From Candidatus Saccharimonadota bacterium (GTDB lineage Archaea > Micrarchaeota > Micrarchaeia > Micrarchaeales > Micrarchaeaceae), in assembly GCA_963705375.1 (NCBI GenBank), contig OY970071.1:1140001-1172000 (forward strand): DNA of 32,000 nucleotides, in the 5' to 3' direction. Shown here piece after piece: positions 31,061 through 32,000 of the stretch. Made by a program: the position numbers and the translations under genes. Below the pieces are notes generated by a model. That model saw only the letters and a program-made list of their open reading frames with translations. It was not told the origin of the DNA and ran no database searches. Numbering within the stretch: position 1 is the first letter of the stretch; every line of letters starts with the position of its first letter.

Positions 31061-32000
31061 ATGCTTGTGGGATGTTGCAATCTGGCTATGCAACGTTCGT
31101 TGCCAGGTAGTGGTAAGAATAACGTGGAAATACGTGCGGTAGAGGGTGCGCTGGAGGGGGGTGTGATAAACGGCAATATGTTCAGAATCTTAGCCTTGCT
31201 TTCTCTGTTTGTAGGAATATTCTTTATGTCCGGCGTCGCCGGAGCAGTGACTGTGCCCACATCGATTACTTCCTACCTGCCCATAACGATCCAAAACGCA
31301 CAAACCTATGCGTTCCCATCAAACGCCCAAGTGCCAATTTCTTTTAACGCATTGGCATACCAATCATACGAATCAAACAGCCTCAACAATACCGAATTCT
31401 TCTTTGCGAACGGCACGATAATACCATCATGGCTTGAGGGCAACACTCTTAACGAGAATAATGCGGCAAATACCCTATACAAGAGTGCTAATGTTCTCTT
31501 CTGGTTGAGGATCTATCCAAGCAACAGCTTCTTCTGCGCATCATGCTCAAACACCATCTATCTCGGATTCGCTTCAAAAACCACAAGCATGCTAAGCAGC
31601 ACTATAACCGGCGAAGCACCACAGTTAAGCTCTTCTTATGGCGCTTATGATGACGGTGCAAACGTCTTTGCACTATATGACGACTTTACAGGCACAGCAC
31701 TGAACGCCAGATGGACCGAATGGGACTCATCTGCCGGAACGTTAGCTGTCTCAAACAGCCTTTCGCTCACGGCAACTTCCACTTCGCACGCATTTGGGGT
31801 GTATGTATCATATACTCCGACAACAAATGGAATTGTTACAGAAACATACCTTACTGCTACAAACCCGACTGCAGGATATAGGCTCTTCGAAGGATACGGC
31901 ACTCTTAGCTCATCAACTGCAGAACAGAACGGATATATCGGCAGGCTTGATGGAAATGGCAATCAGGCCCTTTATTTGTCTAGAATGTCTGCTGGAGTCC
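31061..32000 (+). CDS. secreted DUF2341 / ConA-like (LamG) domain protein, 3'-truncated by the window end
   Basis: This open frame is not in the ORF track because it runs off the window; I translated it by hand. It begins ...MFRILALLSLFVGIFFMSGVAGA (signal peptide from ATG 31178), then YLPITIQNAQTYAFPSNAQVPISFN...NNTEFFFANGTIIPSWLEG (DUF2341-like), then YDDFTG..LNARWTEW (LamG-like). ATG 31061 has aaggag 7 nt upstream and a tatata box about 25 nt upstream. ATG 31178 is the alternative start. Confidence 0.7.
   Translation, partial: MLVGCCNLAMQRSLPGSGKNNVEIRAVEGALEGGVINGNMFRILALLSLFVGIFFMSGVAGAVTVPTSITSYLPITIQNAQTYAFPSNAQVPISFNALAYQSYESNSLNNTEFFFANGTIIPSWLEGNTLNENNAANTLYKSANVLFWLRIYPSNSFFCASCSNTIYLGFASKTTSMLSSTITGEAPQLSSSYGAYDDGANVFALYDDFTGTALNARWTEWDSSAGTLAVSNSLSLTATSTSHAFGVYVSYTPTTNGIVTETYLTATNPTAGYRLFEGYGTLSSSTAEQNGYIGRLDGNGNQALYLSRMSAGV

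Noticed and set aside
30940-31962. - strand ORFs 30940..31260 and 31645..31962
   Set aside because: They overlap the promoter region and coding frame of the hand-translated + strand secreted DUF2341-like gene. That gene has a signal peptide and recognisable domain patterns.
1-32000. Integrase, transposase, relaxase, rRNA or cas genes
   Set aside because: I looked for catalytic patterns: tyrosine-recombinase R..H..R..Y tails, DDE transposase-sized ORFs and relaxase HxH/Y motifs. I also looked for rRNA-like conserved strings. None could be supported, so none is reported.

Overview
This looks like an archaeal chromosomal segment. Three things support that: a tRNA with a 46-nt intron at the canonical 37/38 position, A/T-rich TATA-like boxes 25-60 bp upstream of genes, and many 4-nt ATGA gene overlaps. 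The left third is mostly housekeeping: a class I/II aminotransferase, a fused prephenate dehydratase/dehydrogenase, a TrmI-like tRNA methyltransferase, a type IA topoisomerase and half-size EamA membrane proteins. It also holds a candidate cobalamin riboswitch directly upstream of an unusual B12-binding-domain protein. The middle has a tRNA-Gly(GCC)/tRNA-Met(CAU) pair. Downstream of it lies a ~3.7 kb islet cut into ~0.9 kb modules (one gene each, or one toxin-antitoxin pair) by repeats that copy the 3' end of the tRNA-Met. The islet carries a RelE-like toxin-antitoxin pair, an orphan gene, a methyltransferase and an endonuclease/exonuclease/phosphatase (EEP) nuclease pseudogene, but no integrase. 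The right third (20.8-28.4 kb) is the most interesting part. It is a nine-gene, same-strand, tightly overlapping cluster: a VirB2/TrbC-like two-helix pilin candidate, a polytopic VirB6-like membrane protein, a VirB4-type ATPase (Walker B DEAW) that appears split from its membrane/coiled-coil N-terminal part, several small TM proteins, and a second 761-aa HerA/VirD4-like ATPase. VapBC-like toxin-antitoxin pairs bracket it on both sides. I read it as a conjugation-like or Ced/Ted-like DNA-transfer apparatus with no relaxase or integrase in the window. All functional calls come from motifs read by eye in the supplied translations; no database search was run.
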